Under the pieces are notes generated by a model. It had not been told where the DNA came from. It made no database searches and worked only from the letters and a program-made list of their open reading frames with translations. Positions 38,501 through 47,821 of a DNA stretch of 64,000 nt are shown in pieces. Positions within the stretch are counted from its first letter, which is position 1; every line of letters begins with the position of its first letter. This stretch comes from an uncultured Thermoleophilia bacterium (lineage in GTDB: Bacteria > Actinomycetota > Thermoleophilia > UBA2241), in assembly GCA_963700035.1 (NCBI GenBank), contig CAVOWE010000019.1, positions 18,561-82,560 of the forward strand. Reading direction: 5' to 3'. The translations under genes were made by a program, and so were the position numbers.

Positions 38501-40878
38501 ACGAGGCTTGGATCGGCCAGTACCTGCCGCTGGCGGACGCCGCCGTCACGCGTGAAGTGATCGAGACCAAACGGCCGACGGTCGTGGGCTCGCTGCGCGA
38601 CCCGCGTCTCACGGCGAAGGTGCACGAGATCAACCAGGCTTTTGCACAGAAGAGCTGGGCCACCCTCCCCCTCATCGTCAAGGACCGCGTCATCGGCACC
38701 GTAGAGCTCGTCGAGAGCGGCGCCGAGCGCACCTTCACGCAGACCGAGCTCGACACCGCCGCGGCCGTCTGCCACGCCGCCGCCATGGCCATCGAGAACG
38801 CCGCGCTCTTCGAGAGCCAGCAGGCGGCCAACGAGGAGACGCAGCTCCTGAACAGGATCGCGCGACGCACGGCCGCCACCCTCGACCTCGAAGAGGTCGC
38901 GGAAGCGGCCGCCGACGAGCTGCGCAAGGTGCTGCCGTTCGAGAGTCACAGCCTGCTGCTGGCCGTCGAGGGTCGCATCGAGCGCGTCATCTCGTCGGAT
39001 GGTCACGCCGACTTCCTGGCGGGTCTCACCGACGACGACCTCGGCGAGAAGTTCCTCGGCGAGCTGCGCCAGCGGCGCGTCGTGATCCTCCGGCTTCCAG
39101 AGGACGTGCCGCTGCTCCCTGACCACCCGGCCGTGGGCGGCATGCGGTCCGCCGTCGTGATGGCGCTCCCGTCCGAGCACGGCATCCTCGGCGCCTTCAA
39201 CCTCGTGAGCAGCGAGCCCGACGCCTTCGCGAGCGTGGACGTGGACCTGCTCGAGCGCGTCGCCACGCAGCTGTCCCTCGCCCTCAAGAACGCCCAGCTC
39301 TACGAGGAGATCAAGCAGATGCACCTGGGCAACCTCAAGGCGCTCAGCTCGGCGCTCAACGCCAAGGACTACTACACCCTGGGCCACGCGGCCCGCGTGG
39401 CCGCCTACACGGTGATGCTCGGCCGCCGCCTGGGCTGGGAGGAGGACCTCCTGACCTCGCTCGAGGAGGCGGCCTACCTGCACGACATCGGCAAGATCAG
39501 CATCTCCGACCGCGTGCTCCTGAAGCCCGGGCGCCTGAACCCGCAGGAGTGGCAGCAGATGCGCCTGCACCCCGTGTTCAGCGCCGACATCATCCGCCCG
39601 CTCTTCCCCGTGACCCTGGTCGAGGGCGTGCGCCATCATCACGAGCACTACGACGGCAACGGGTATCCCGACGGCCTGGCCGGGGATGCCATCCCCCTGC
39701 TGGCGCGCGCCATGGCCGTCGTGGACGCCTACGACGCCATGTCGTGCCGGCGACCCTACAAAGCGGCGCTCACGTACCCCGACTGCCTGGCCGAACTGCA
39801 GCGCTGCCGCGGCTCGCAGTTCGAGCCGGCCATGGTCGACGCGTTCCTTGAAGTACTTGAGGAACTGGCGCGCAGGCGCGCGCAGGCGGAGGACATCGCC
39901 GCCCAGGCGGCGTCCCGCATCCCCGGCGACAAGCACCGTGCGTTGCGCAGCCGCGAGGACGAGGACACGCCCGAGTACCGCGAGATCCGCGAGGTACTGC
40001 GCGAGGTGCGCGACGCCAACCCGCCTACGCGGTTCCTCACCACCCACGCGGAGATCGACAAGAAGTTCGTCCTCGGCGTGGACCCCGAGGAACGGGAGAG
40101 CGAGCGTTCGCACTTCGGCGACGAGATCTTCGCCGACGACGAGCTGCCGGAAGTACTCGCGGGGCGGCGTCCCCAGGTGAACACCCTCTTCGCCGACCAG
40201 TTCGGCGTCTGGGTGACCGGACTGGCGCCGGTCCGCGACGCCACCGGCCGCATCGTCGCCGCGGTGGCGGCGGACCTGCCGGCCCTGAGCCGGGCGGAGA
40301 GCGAGGCGCTTCGCGGCGACGGCCACCAGACGTTCGCCGCCATGCTGCAGACGGCCGCGGTGCGCCTCGGCCGCGCCGAGATCGACGCCATCACCGACGC
40401 TCTCACCGGCCTCTACAACCACCGTTACCTGCACGAGCGGCTGAGCGAGGAGCTCCACCGTGCCCGCGAGCTCGGACGGCCGCTGACCGCGCTCTTCTGC
40501 GACCTCGACCACTTCAAGGGTTACAACGACGCCAACGGGCACAGCGCCGGCGACGCCGTGTTGCGCGAGGTCGCACACCTCATCGAACAGTCGGTGCGCA
40601 ACGTCGACATCGCCGCGCGCTACGGCGGCGAGGAGTTCGTCGTGCTGCTGGTGGAGACCGGCCGCGAGGCCGCGCTCGCGGTGGCGGAGCGCATCCGCGA
40701 GCGCATCCGCGCGGCCGGCTTCATCGCCCACGGCGCGCCGCTGACCGTCAGCATCGGCATCGCCGGCTTCCCGGAGGACGCCGAACGCCGCGAAGCGCTG
40801 CTCGACAAGGCCGACTGGGCGATGTACCTGGCCAAGCGACGCGGCCGCGACCAGGTAGCGACGTTCGCCGAGGGTTGA
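35541..40878 (+). CDS. Giant signalling protein B: MerR/excisionase (BldC-like) HTH + 7 GAF + HD-GYP + sensor-like linker + GGDEF. Frame broken once as assembled.
   Basis: ORF 35541..38555 reads cleanly to ...RNVGRLLAGAFEKA. A +1 shift near 37785 joins ORF 37786..40878 (LVERLESGNRDLRLLVDSG...). Motifs: HTH LHVADVALLLGVSANTVRRWTDAGRIAAYRSPGGHRRY; HD-GYP HDIGK...HHHEHYDGNGYPDGL; GGDEF RYGGEEF with an RNVD I-site. 5338-1=5337 nt (about 1778 aa). Confidence 0.85.
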
Positions 40879-40882
40879 CGCG

Positions 40883-42850
40883 TCAGGAGGGGCGGCGGCG
40901 GGGGATGCGTTCGTCGCCGCGCCGCAGGGTCAGGCCCTCCCTGTCGAAGAGCTCGAGGAGGGCCTGCGCGTTGCGGCGCCCGCAGTCCAGGCGGTCGCGG
41001 AAGCCGGCCAGGGTCACCCGGCCGTCGGCGGTGAGCGCCGCCAGCAGCTCCGTGCGCGCCCCGTCGATGGCGGCGGCCGCGAACCACAGGTCCTTGTCCA
41101 CACGCACCACGTCGCCGCGACGCGCGAGCACGTCGAGTACCCGGCTCAGCTCGCGCGACGGGCGCCGCAACTCCTCCGCCAGGCTCGCCAGCGTCGGCGG
41201 CGCGAAGGGCTCTCCGCCGAGACGCGCAAGAAGCTCGTCGGCCAGCGCCGCCTGAGCAGCCCCGAGCACACCGGCGCCGGCGGGGGCGTAGCCGCCTTCG
41301 CCGGCGACCAGCCGCTCGTCGGCCACGAGGCCCTGGAGCAGCGCGTCCACGTCCTCCACGGGCAGCGCCGGTGTGAGCGCCGCGAGCTCGGCTGCACTGG
41401 AGAACGGGCGCTCGGGACGCGCGGAGGAGCGCGCGGAGGCGCCGGCCAGAAGGGCCGCGCGCAGCGCGGCCAGAGTGCCGGCGCCGAACCAGCGGACCGG
41501 CGCGGTGCGCGCGCCCGAGGACGGGGGACGCAGAGCCTCGAGCTCGCCGGCCTGTTCGGCCGCCGTCAGAGCGGCGCCGGCCTCGCCGGCGCCGAACCCC
41601 GCGGCGGCCAGATCCGCCGCGACGACCCCGCCGTGACCGCTGTCCGCCGCGAGTGCGAGCACCGCAGCGCGGACGTCGGCGGCGCGCAGCGCGGCGAGAA
41701 AGGCGGCGTGCCGCCCGCGGTCGTGCCAGCGCCGCGCCCCGGTGACGAGCACCTCGCCGCCGCCGACCGTCGCCACCGGCGAGAGGGCGCGCAGGATGAA
41801 GCGGTCGTGCGGCTCGACGACGGCGTCGCCGTCGAGCCGCACGACCGCCGCCGCCTGCGCCCCGGCGGCGATCTCGCGCCCCTCCAGCGGAGCCACGCGG
41901 GCGAGATACTGCGCCGTGCCGTGATGCAGGCGCACCTGGTCCCCGGAGCGCAGCGGCCTGCCGCCGGGCGCTACTCGAACCCAGGCGTCGAAGCGCCGGA
42001 AGACACGGCCGGCTGCTTCGGGCGCGACCAGCCAGCTGCCGCGCTCCACGGCATCGCGGTCGAGGCCGCGCAGGTTGACGCCCACGCGGCTGCCGGCGCG
42101 CACGACCTCGGCCTCGTGATCGTGCACCTGCACGCTGCGCACCGCGGTGCGCGTACCGCCGGGCTCGACCACCAGCGCGTCCCCGGCGCGGATCGCGCCG
42201 CGCCACAGCGTGCCCGTGACGACGGTGCCGATGCCCTTGAGGGGGAACACGCGATCGACCGGGAGGCGAGCGGGGCCGCCGCGCCGGCCCCTCTCGACGT
42301 GGTCGGCGGCGCGCTGCAGAGCGGCGAGCAGCTCGGCCGCGCCGCGCCCGTCGCGAGCGCTCACGGTGACGACCTCGCAGCCGGAGTAGGGCGTCCGCGC
42401 GAGGAACTCGCGCACGTCCTCTTCCGCCATCTCCAGCAGCTCCCGGTCGACAAGATCGGCCTTGGTCAGCGCCACCACGCCGCGGTCCACGCCGAGCAGC
42501 TCGATGATCGCCACGTGCTCCACGGTCTGCGGCATCACTCCGTCGTCGGCGGCGATCACCAACAGGAAGAGGTCGATGCCGGTGGCGCCGGCCACCATGG
42601 TGCGCACGAAGCGCTCATGGCCGGGGACGTCGACGACGCTCAGGCGGCCGCCTCCCGGCAGCTCGAGCTCGGCGTAGCCGAGCTCGATGGAGATGCCCCG
42701 CTCCTGCTCCTCGCGCAGGCGATCGGTGTTCTTGCCGGTGAGGAGCGTGATGAGCGCGGTCTTGCCGTGGTCGATGTGGCCGGCCGTGCCGAGGGTCAGC
42801 GGGACTGCGGCCTCGTCGGACGCGCCGGTCGTGTCGGGGGCGCCCGGCAC
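40883..42850 (-). CDS. selB: Selenocysteine-specific translation elongation factor SelB
   Basis: GTG 42850, 8 nt after the selA stop, gives (M)PGAPD...[22 protein letters not shown] (G1), DVPGHERF (G3), TKADL (G4). The long C-terminal winged-helix region is typical of SelB. Confidence 0.9.
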   Translation of the reverse strand: MPGAPDTTGASDEAAVPLTLGTAGHIDHGKTALITLLTGKNTDRLREEQERGISIELGYAELELPGGGRLSVVDVPGHERFVRTMVAGATGIDLFLLVIAADDGVMPQTVEHVAIIELLGVDRGVVALTKADLVDRELLEMAEEDVREFLARTPYSGCEVVTVSARDGRGAAELLAALQRAADHVERGRRGGPARLPVDRVFPLKGIGTVVTGTLWRGAIRAGDALVVEPGGTRTAVRSVQVHDHEAEVVRAGSRVGVNLRGLDRDAVERGSWLVAPEAAGRVFRRFDAWVRVAPGGRPLRSGDQVRLHHGTAQYLARVAPLEGREIAAGAQAAAVVRLDGDAVVEPHDRFILRALSPVATVGGGEVLVTGARRWHDRGRHAAFLAALRAADVRAAVLALAADSGHGGVVAADLAAAGFGAGEAGAALTAAEQAGELEALRPPSSGARTAPVRWFGAGTLAALRAALLAGASARSSARPERPFSSAAELAALTPALPVEDVDALLQGLVADERLVAGEGGYAPAGAGVLGAAQAALADELLARLGGEPFAPPTLASLAEELRRPSRELSRVLDVLARRGDVVRVDKDLWFAAAAIDGARTELLAALTADGRVTLAGFRDRLDCGRRNAQALLELFDREGLTLRRGDERIPRRRPS

Positions 42851-42860
42851 CGGACGACCG

Positions 42861-44297
42861 TCAGGCCAGCGCCGCCAGCACGGCGCCGGCCAGCTCGTCG
42901 AGCTCGGCGTCGCGCACGGCGCGCAGGTCGAAGAGCAGGCGGCCGTCGTGCAGGCGGCAGACGACGGCGGGCGCACCGAGCCGCAGCGCGGTGGCAAGCC
43001 GGTCGGCGTCGGCGTCCACACTCACGGCCACGGCGACGCTGGGCACTTCGGTGACGGGGAGCGCCCCGGCCCCAGCGCGCGCGACGGTGTCGACGAGCTC
43101 GAGCCGGTCGGCGGGCACACCGGCGCCGATGAGCGCCTCGCGCAGTCGGCCCGCGCGGCCGCGCACTTCGTCGAGCGGCGCCGCAAGCGCCGCCAGCGTG
43201 GGGATCGCGGTGACCGCGCGCGTCGGGTCGAGATAGAGCCGGAGCACCGCGTCCAGCGCGGCCAGGTCGAGCTTGTCGATGCGCAGCGCGCGGGCCAGCG
43301 GGTGACGACGCATGGCGTCGATGGCCGCGGCCCGGCCCACGGCCACGCCGGCCTGGGGACCGCCCAGCAGCTTGTCGCCGCTGAAGGTCACGATGTCGGC
43401 GCCGGCGGCGATGCTGTCCTTCAGCGCGGGCTCTTCGGCGAACAGCGGCAGGCCGGCCAAGGCGCCGCTGCCCAGGTCGTCGACCAGCACCGCGTCGTGC
43501 TCATGGGCAAGTCCCGCGAGCTCCTGCAGGGACGGCTCCGCGGTGAACCCGACGATGCGATAGTTGCTCGTGTGCACGCGCAGGACGGCGCGCGTGCGCT
43601 CCGTCCAGGCCTGCGCGAAATCCTTGAGGTACGTGCGGTTGGTGGTGCCGACCTCGACCAGCTCGGCCCCGCTCTCGCGGAGGATATCGGGGATGCGAAA
43701 GCCGTCTCCGATCTCGACGAGCTGGCCACGGGCGACGAGCACCTCGCCGCCGCGGGCGGTGGCGGCCAAGGCGAGCAGTACCGCGGCGGCGTTGTTGTTC
43801 ACGGCCAGCGCGTCCTCGGCGCCCGTGACCGTACACAGCACGTCGTGGATGTGGTCCTGGCGCGAAGCACGCTCGCCGCGCGCCAGGCTGTATTCGAGGT
43901 CGGTGTAGCCGGAGGCGGCGGTGACGACCGCGTCGACCGCCTCCTGCGGAAGCAGCGCGCGGCCGAGATTGGTGTGCACGACCACGCCGGTGGCGTTGAT
44001 GACGCGGCGCAGGGACGGCGTCACCGCCGCCGCGAGCAGACGTGCCGCCCAGGGGACGAGGGCGGCCGGCGTGAGGTCCGCCGCCTCCGCGGCGGAAGCC
44101 TCGCCGGCCGCCCCCGACGCCAGGATGTCGGCTCTGAGCCGCTCGATGACCGCGCGCACCGCGTCCACGACGAGCTCGCGCGGGTAGCGCTCGAGCAGCT
44201 CGAGTGCCGCCGGCTCGCGCAGCACTTCGTCCACGGCGGCCAGCGAACGCAGCTGCGCCCGTCCGTCCGTGCCGGCCTTCCTGCTCGTCTCAGCCAT
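42861..44297 (-). CDS. selA: L-seryl-tRNA(Sec) selenium transferase SelA
   Basis: 478 aa. RRVINATGVVVHTNLGRALL, and FSGDKLLGGPQAG carrying the PLP lysine. Located between selD and selB. Confidence 0.9.
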   Translation of the reverse strand: MAETSRKAGTDGRAQLRSLAAVDEVLREPAALELLERYPRELVVDAVRAVIERLRADILASGAAGEASAAEAADLTPAALVPWAARLLAAAVTPSLRRVINATGVVVHTNLGRALLPQEAVDAVVTAASGYTDLEYSLARGERASRQDHIHDVLCTVTGAEDALAVNNNAAAVLLALAATARGGEVLVARGQLVEIGDGFRIPDILRESGAELVEVGTTNRTYLKDFAQAWTERTRAVLRVHTSNYRIVGFTAEPSLQELAGLAHEHDAVLVDDLGSGALAGLPLFAEEPALKDSIAAGADIVTFSGDKLLGGPQAGVAVGRAAAIDAMRRHPLARALRIDKLDLAALDAVLRLYLDPTRAVTAIPTLAALAAPLDEVRGRAGRLREALIGAGVPADRLELVDTVARAGAGALPVTEVPSVAVAVSVDADADRLATALRLGAPAVVCRLHDGRLLFDLRAVRDAELDELAGAVLAALA

Positions 44298-44847
44298 CAG
44301 CGTCCTCCGTCGCCAGCGTCCTGCGATCGCGCCGCACGCGCAAGTGCGCCATGGTCATCGAATACGCCACGAGGACGAACATGAACCACCACTCCGTGCC
44401 CTTCAGGGCGATGCTCTCCATGAACTCGGGCCACTGCGCGCGCCCCAGTACCAAGGCGACGGCCGCGGCGGCGAAGACGATCTCGGTGAACAGCCAGAAG
44501 AAGAGCGCCGGACTGTCGCTGAAACCGCGCAAGGTCGCCCACATGGAGAGCACCGCAAGGCCCACAGGGACCAGCCCGATGACGATCGCCAGCCCCAGTT
44601 GCACCACGACCTTCCCTGCGCTGCCTCCGGCGGCCCACTGCCAGATGGCGCCCCGATCGGTACCGACGCCGAAGATCACGACCGCGATCCACGAGACGAA
44701 CGCGATCACCGAGAACGCCCCGAACAGGATGAACGGGAGGACCGAGAATACGCGCAGGGCGAACTGCGGGCGCGGAACCTGAGCCGCAAGGACGTCTTCG
44801 TCGCTGGGCTTCCAGCCGGGGTCGCCGGGCTTGCGCTCGGGACTCAC
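44290..44847 (-). CDS. Hypothetical integral membrane protein embedded in the sel operon
   Basis: 185 aa, 4-5 hydrophobic helices (FSVLPFILFGAFSVIAFVSWIAVVIFGV, VVVQLGLAIVIGLVPVGLAVL, ALFFWLFTEIVFAAAAVALVL, WWFMFVLVAYSMTM). Starts 39 nt after the selD stop and overlaps the selA start by 8 nt. Confidence 0.55.
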   Translation of the reverse strand: MSPERKPGDPGWKPSDEDVLAAQVPRPQFALRVFSVLPFILFGAFSVIAFVSWIAVVIFGVGTDRGAIWQWAAGGSAGKVVVQLGLAIVIGLVPVGLAVLSMWATLRGFSDSPALFFWLFTEIVFAAAAVALVLGRAQWPEFMESIALKGTEWWFMFVLVAYSMTMAHLRVRRDRRTLATEDADG

Positions 44848-44885
44848 GTGGTACCGCCGGGCGGCTGTGCGAGCAGCGACACGAC

Positions 44886-45941
44886 TCAGCCTTCGAGCAC
44901 GAGGGTCCCAGGCGGCCCGTCGGTGACCTCGCCGATGGTCCAGCCGGACACGCTGCTCTCGCGGAGGCCGGAAAGGAGCGCCGCATGCTTGTCCGCGGAC
45001 ACGGCGATGAGCAGGCCGCCGGACGTCTGCGGGTCGAACGCCGCCAGCACCCGCGGGTCCTGCTGGTCGAGCTCGTCCGGGCCGCCGCCGACACCGCGCA
45101 GACGCGGCAGGAGGAAGTCGCGGTTGCTGCGCAGACCGCCGGCATACACGGCTTGCGCGATGAGCTCGAGGACGCCGTCGTGCAGCGGCACGTCCGCGAC
45201 CCGCACGACGGCGGCGGCGGCGCTCGCCGCGAGCATCTCACCGAGGTGCCCGAGCAGACCGAAGCCGCTCACGTCGGTGCAGGCGTGCACGCCCACGGCC
45301 GACATGACGGCCGCCGCCGCCGCGTTGAGGGCGGCGGCCTCCTCGATGGCGGGCATCATGTCGTCCTCAGTGATCAAGCCCTTCTTGAGGGCGCTGGCCA
45401 GCACGCCGATGCCGAGGCGCTTGGTGAGCACCAGCTTGTCGCCGGGCCGCGCGCCGGCGTTGTAGACGATCTCGTCGGGACGGGCCACACCGGTGACGGC
45501 CAGCCCGTACTTGGGTTCCTTGTCGTCGATGGAGTGCCCGCCGGCGAGCTCGGCGCCGGCCTCCATCACCTTCTCGGCGCCGCCCCGAAGGATCTCCGAC
45601 AGGTGCTTCATCCCGAGGTCGGCCGGCCACGCCACGAGGTTCATGGCCGTGAGGGGCCGGGCGCCCATGGCGTACACGTCGCTGAGCGCGTTGGCCGCGG
45701 CGAGCTGCCCGAACCAGTACGGCGAGTCGACGATGGGCGTGAAGAAATCGACCGTCTGCACCAGGCAGAGGTCGTCGGAGACGCGCGTGACGGCTGCGTC
45801 GTCATGCGTCTCGAGCAGCCGCGCGAACTCCGGGGAGCTGCGCGGGAGAGCGTCAAGCACGGCCTGCAGGTCGCACGGACCCAGCTTGGCCGCTCAACCG
45901 CTCTTGGCTGCGAACTGCGTGAGGCGGATCTTCTCGGTCAT
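44886..45941 (-). CDS. selD: Selenide, water dikinase SelD, itself a selenoprotein (in-frame UGA at codon 16)
   Basis: ATG 45941 gives MTEKIRLTQFAAKSG-[TGA 45896-45894]-AAKLGPCDLQAVLDALPRSS..., continuous with tracked ORF 44886..45860. The UGA sits at the position of the catalytic Cys/Sec in the SelD N-terminal G(C/U)GxK loop. Confidence 0.9.
45858..45896 (-). promoter_or_regulatory. Candidate bacterial SECIS hairpin immediately 3' of the selD UGA
   Basis: UGA-GCGGCCAAGCUGGGUC-CGUGC-GACC(UG)CAGGCC. Stem GGUC/GACC plus CUG/CAG plus GGCC/GGCC. The apical loop CGUGC lies about 17 nt after the UGA. Confidence 0.5.
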
Positions 45942-46022
45942 GCCGCAAGCTTACCGCACGTGCAGGGCCGTGGGTGGGGCGGGGGCGCTCCGGACGCACG
46001 GCGGTGATACCCTCGTCGCACC

Positions 46023-47786
46023 GTGAGCGCTCGTCGTCCATCCGGGGTGGCACCGTACCGCACGTACGTCAGTGAGGGCGGCCTGGAGCTGCGCCGGCGG
46101 CGGAAGCGGCGCCGGCGCACGACCATCGTCGTCCTCATGGTGGTCGTGGCCGCGGCCGGCGCCTTCGTCGGCACAGGCTGGGCGCAGACGGCATGGCGCA
46201 CGTGGGTCCGGCCTGGGCCGGCGACCGCAGGTGGCCCGGCCGCCGACGGCGCGGCCGGCCCCGGAGCCGCCGCGGCCACCCGCGCCTCCATCGTCAGCGC
46301 GCCGCGGGCGGTCAACGTCGACCCGCCGCCGCCTATCGTCTCCGCCGGCGACGGCGTCAAGGTCTCCACCTTTCTCGGCGACGAGACGCGACGGCTGTAC
46401 GGCCTGGGGCCGCCCCCGAAGCACCTCGATCTCATCTGGCGCACGACCATCGGCAGCGGCATGACCTCACGGGTCGGCAAGGGGAAGAACAAGCCGTGGA
46501 CCGGCATGGGCTGGACGGGGCAGCCGGCGATCCTGCGCGACGACGGCACGCTGTATCTCATGGCCGGCGGCTTCGACCACAACCTGCACAAGATCGAGCT
46601 CGAGAGCGGCCGCGTCGTGTGGGAGTACGCGTTCGACGACATCATCAAGAGCAGCCCGACGGTCATCGAGGACCCGCACCCCTCCTCTCCCGACGACAAG
46701 TACCTCGTGCTCGCCGGCTCGCGGCGCGGCTACCCGTCCAGCTTCGCCGACCCCAGCCTGGCGCCCTATCGCGCCGTCTCGTTCGGGACGGGCAAGGAGG
46801 TGTGGCGCTTGCCGGTGCCGCTCACGGCCAGCTACAGCCGCGACGTGGACGGCAGCGGCTTCTTCCTGAAGGGCCGCATGTACTCCGGGGTCGAGAGCGG
46901 CTGGTTCTACAAGCTCGATCCGTTCACGACGGTGTCGAGTGGTTCGTACCGCGAGCCGCAGATCATCGCCCGACGGCTGCTGATCGGTGATCCGGGCGAC
47001 GCTTCGGCCCACGGCGGCAACCTGGTCCTGGAAGCCTCGCCCTCTCTGCTGGGCGACACCGTCTACGTCAGTTCCGGATCGGGTCACGTGTACGGCATGC
47101 GCGGGAACGACCTCAAGGTCGTGTGGGACTACCGCACCGGCTCCGACCTCGACGGCACCCCGGTGCCCACGAGCTCGGGCAAGCTCCTCGTGGCCGTCGA
47201 GAAGCAGTACATCCAGGGCCACGGCGGCGCGCTCATGCTCGACCCGGAGAAGTCGGGGTCGGAGGCCGTCGACTGGTTCTTCCCCACCGGCGACCGCACC
47301 CTGGGCGACTGGCGGGGCGGCATCATAGGGTCGGTGGCCGTCAACGACACCTACGACCCGTGGGGCCGCCGCCCCCGGCTCGCGGCGTTCATCGCCATCG
47401 ACGGCAACCTCTACGTGGTGGCCCAGGACGCGCTGGCGGACGGCACGGTGCCCGGCCCGAACCTCGACGGGCCATACCGCACGCCGAAGCTCATCGCCAA
47501 GTTCAACGTGGGCGGCGGCATCTCCACGCCGATCATGGTCGACGACACCATCGTCTGCGCGGCCTACGACGCCATCGTGCACCTGTGGGGCGTGAAGTGG
47601 CACACGGCGAAGGAGGGTGACGCCGGCGCGCTCGAGAGTCCCGACGGCCGCTGGTTCACGGTGAAGATCGAGGAGATCGATTCGTTCTCCGGAGGTGGCG
47701 GCTTCGAGAGCACGCCGGTGATGTGGAAGGGCCGCGTGTTCATCGGGTCGCGTGACGGCTCGCTGTACTGCCTCGGCGACCACTGA
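46023..47786 (+). CDS. Membrane-anchored PQQ-like (BamB/YVTN-type) beta-propeller repeat protein
   Basis: 587 aa. N-terminal RRRKRRRRTTIVVLMVVVAAAGAFV anchor, then repeated ...G.VVWEY..., ..VYVSSGSGHVYG.., ..GRVFIGSRDGSLYCL blades. Confidence 0.6.
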   Translation: MSARRPSGVAPYRTYVSEGGLELRRRRKRRRRTTIVVLMVVVAAAGAFVGTGWAQTAWRTWVRPGPATAGGPAADGAAGPGAAAATRASIVSAPRAVNVDPPPPIVSAGDGVKVSTFLGDETRRLYGLGPPPKHLDLIWRTTIGSGMTSRVGKGKNKPWTGMGWTGQPAILRDDGTLYLMAGGFDHNLHKIELESGRVVWEYAFDDIIKSSPTVIEDPHPSSPDDKYLVLAGSRRGYPSSFADPSLAPYRAVSFGTGKEVWRLPVPLTASYSRDVDGSGFFLKGRMYSGVESGWFYKLDPFTTVSSGSYREPQIIARRLLIGDPGDASAHGGNLVLEASPSLLGDTVYVSSGSGHVYGMRGNDLKVVWDYRTGSDLDGTPVPTSSGKLLVAVEKQYIQGHGGALMLDPEKSGSEAVDWFFPTGDRTLGDWRGGIIGSVAVNDTYDPWGRRPRLAAFIAIDGNLYVVAQDALADGTVPGPNLDGPYRTPKLIAKFNVGGGISTPIMVDDTIVCAAYDAIVHLWGVKWHTAKEGDAGALESPDGRWFTVKIEEIDSFSGGGGFESTPVMWKGRVFIGSRDGSLYCLGDH

Positions 47787-47821
47787 GGCGACGGCCGGCG
47801 ACGCCGCAACGCCGAGCCGGA

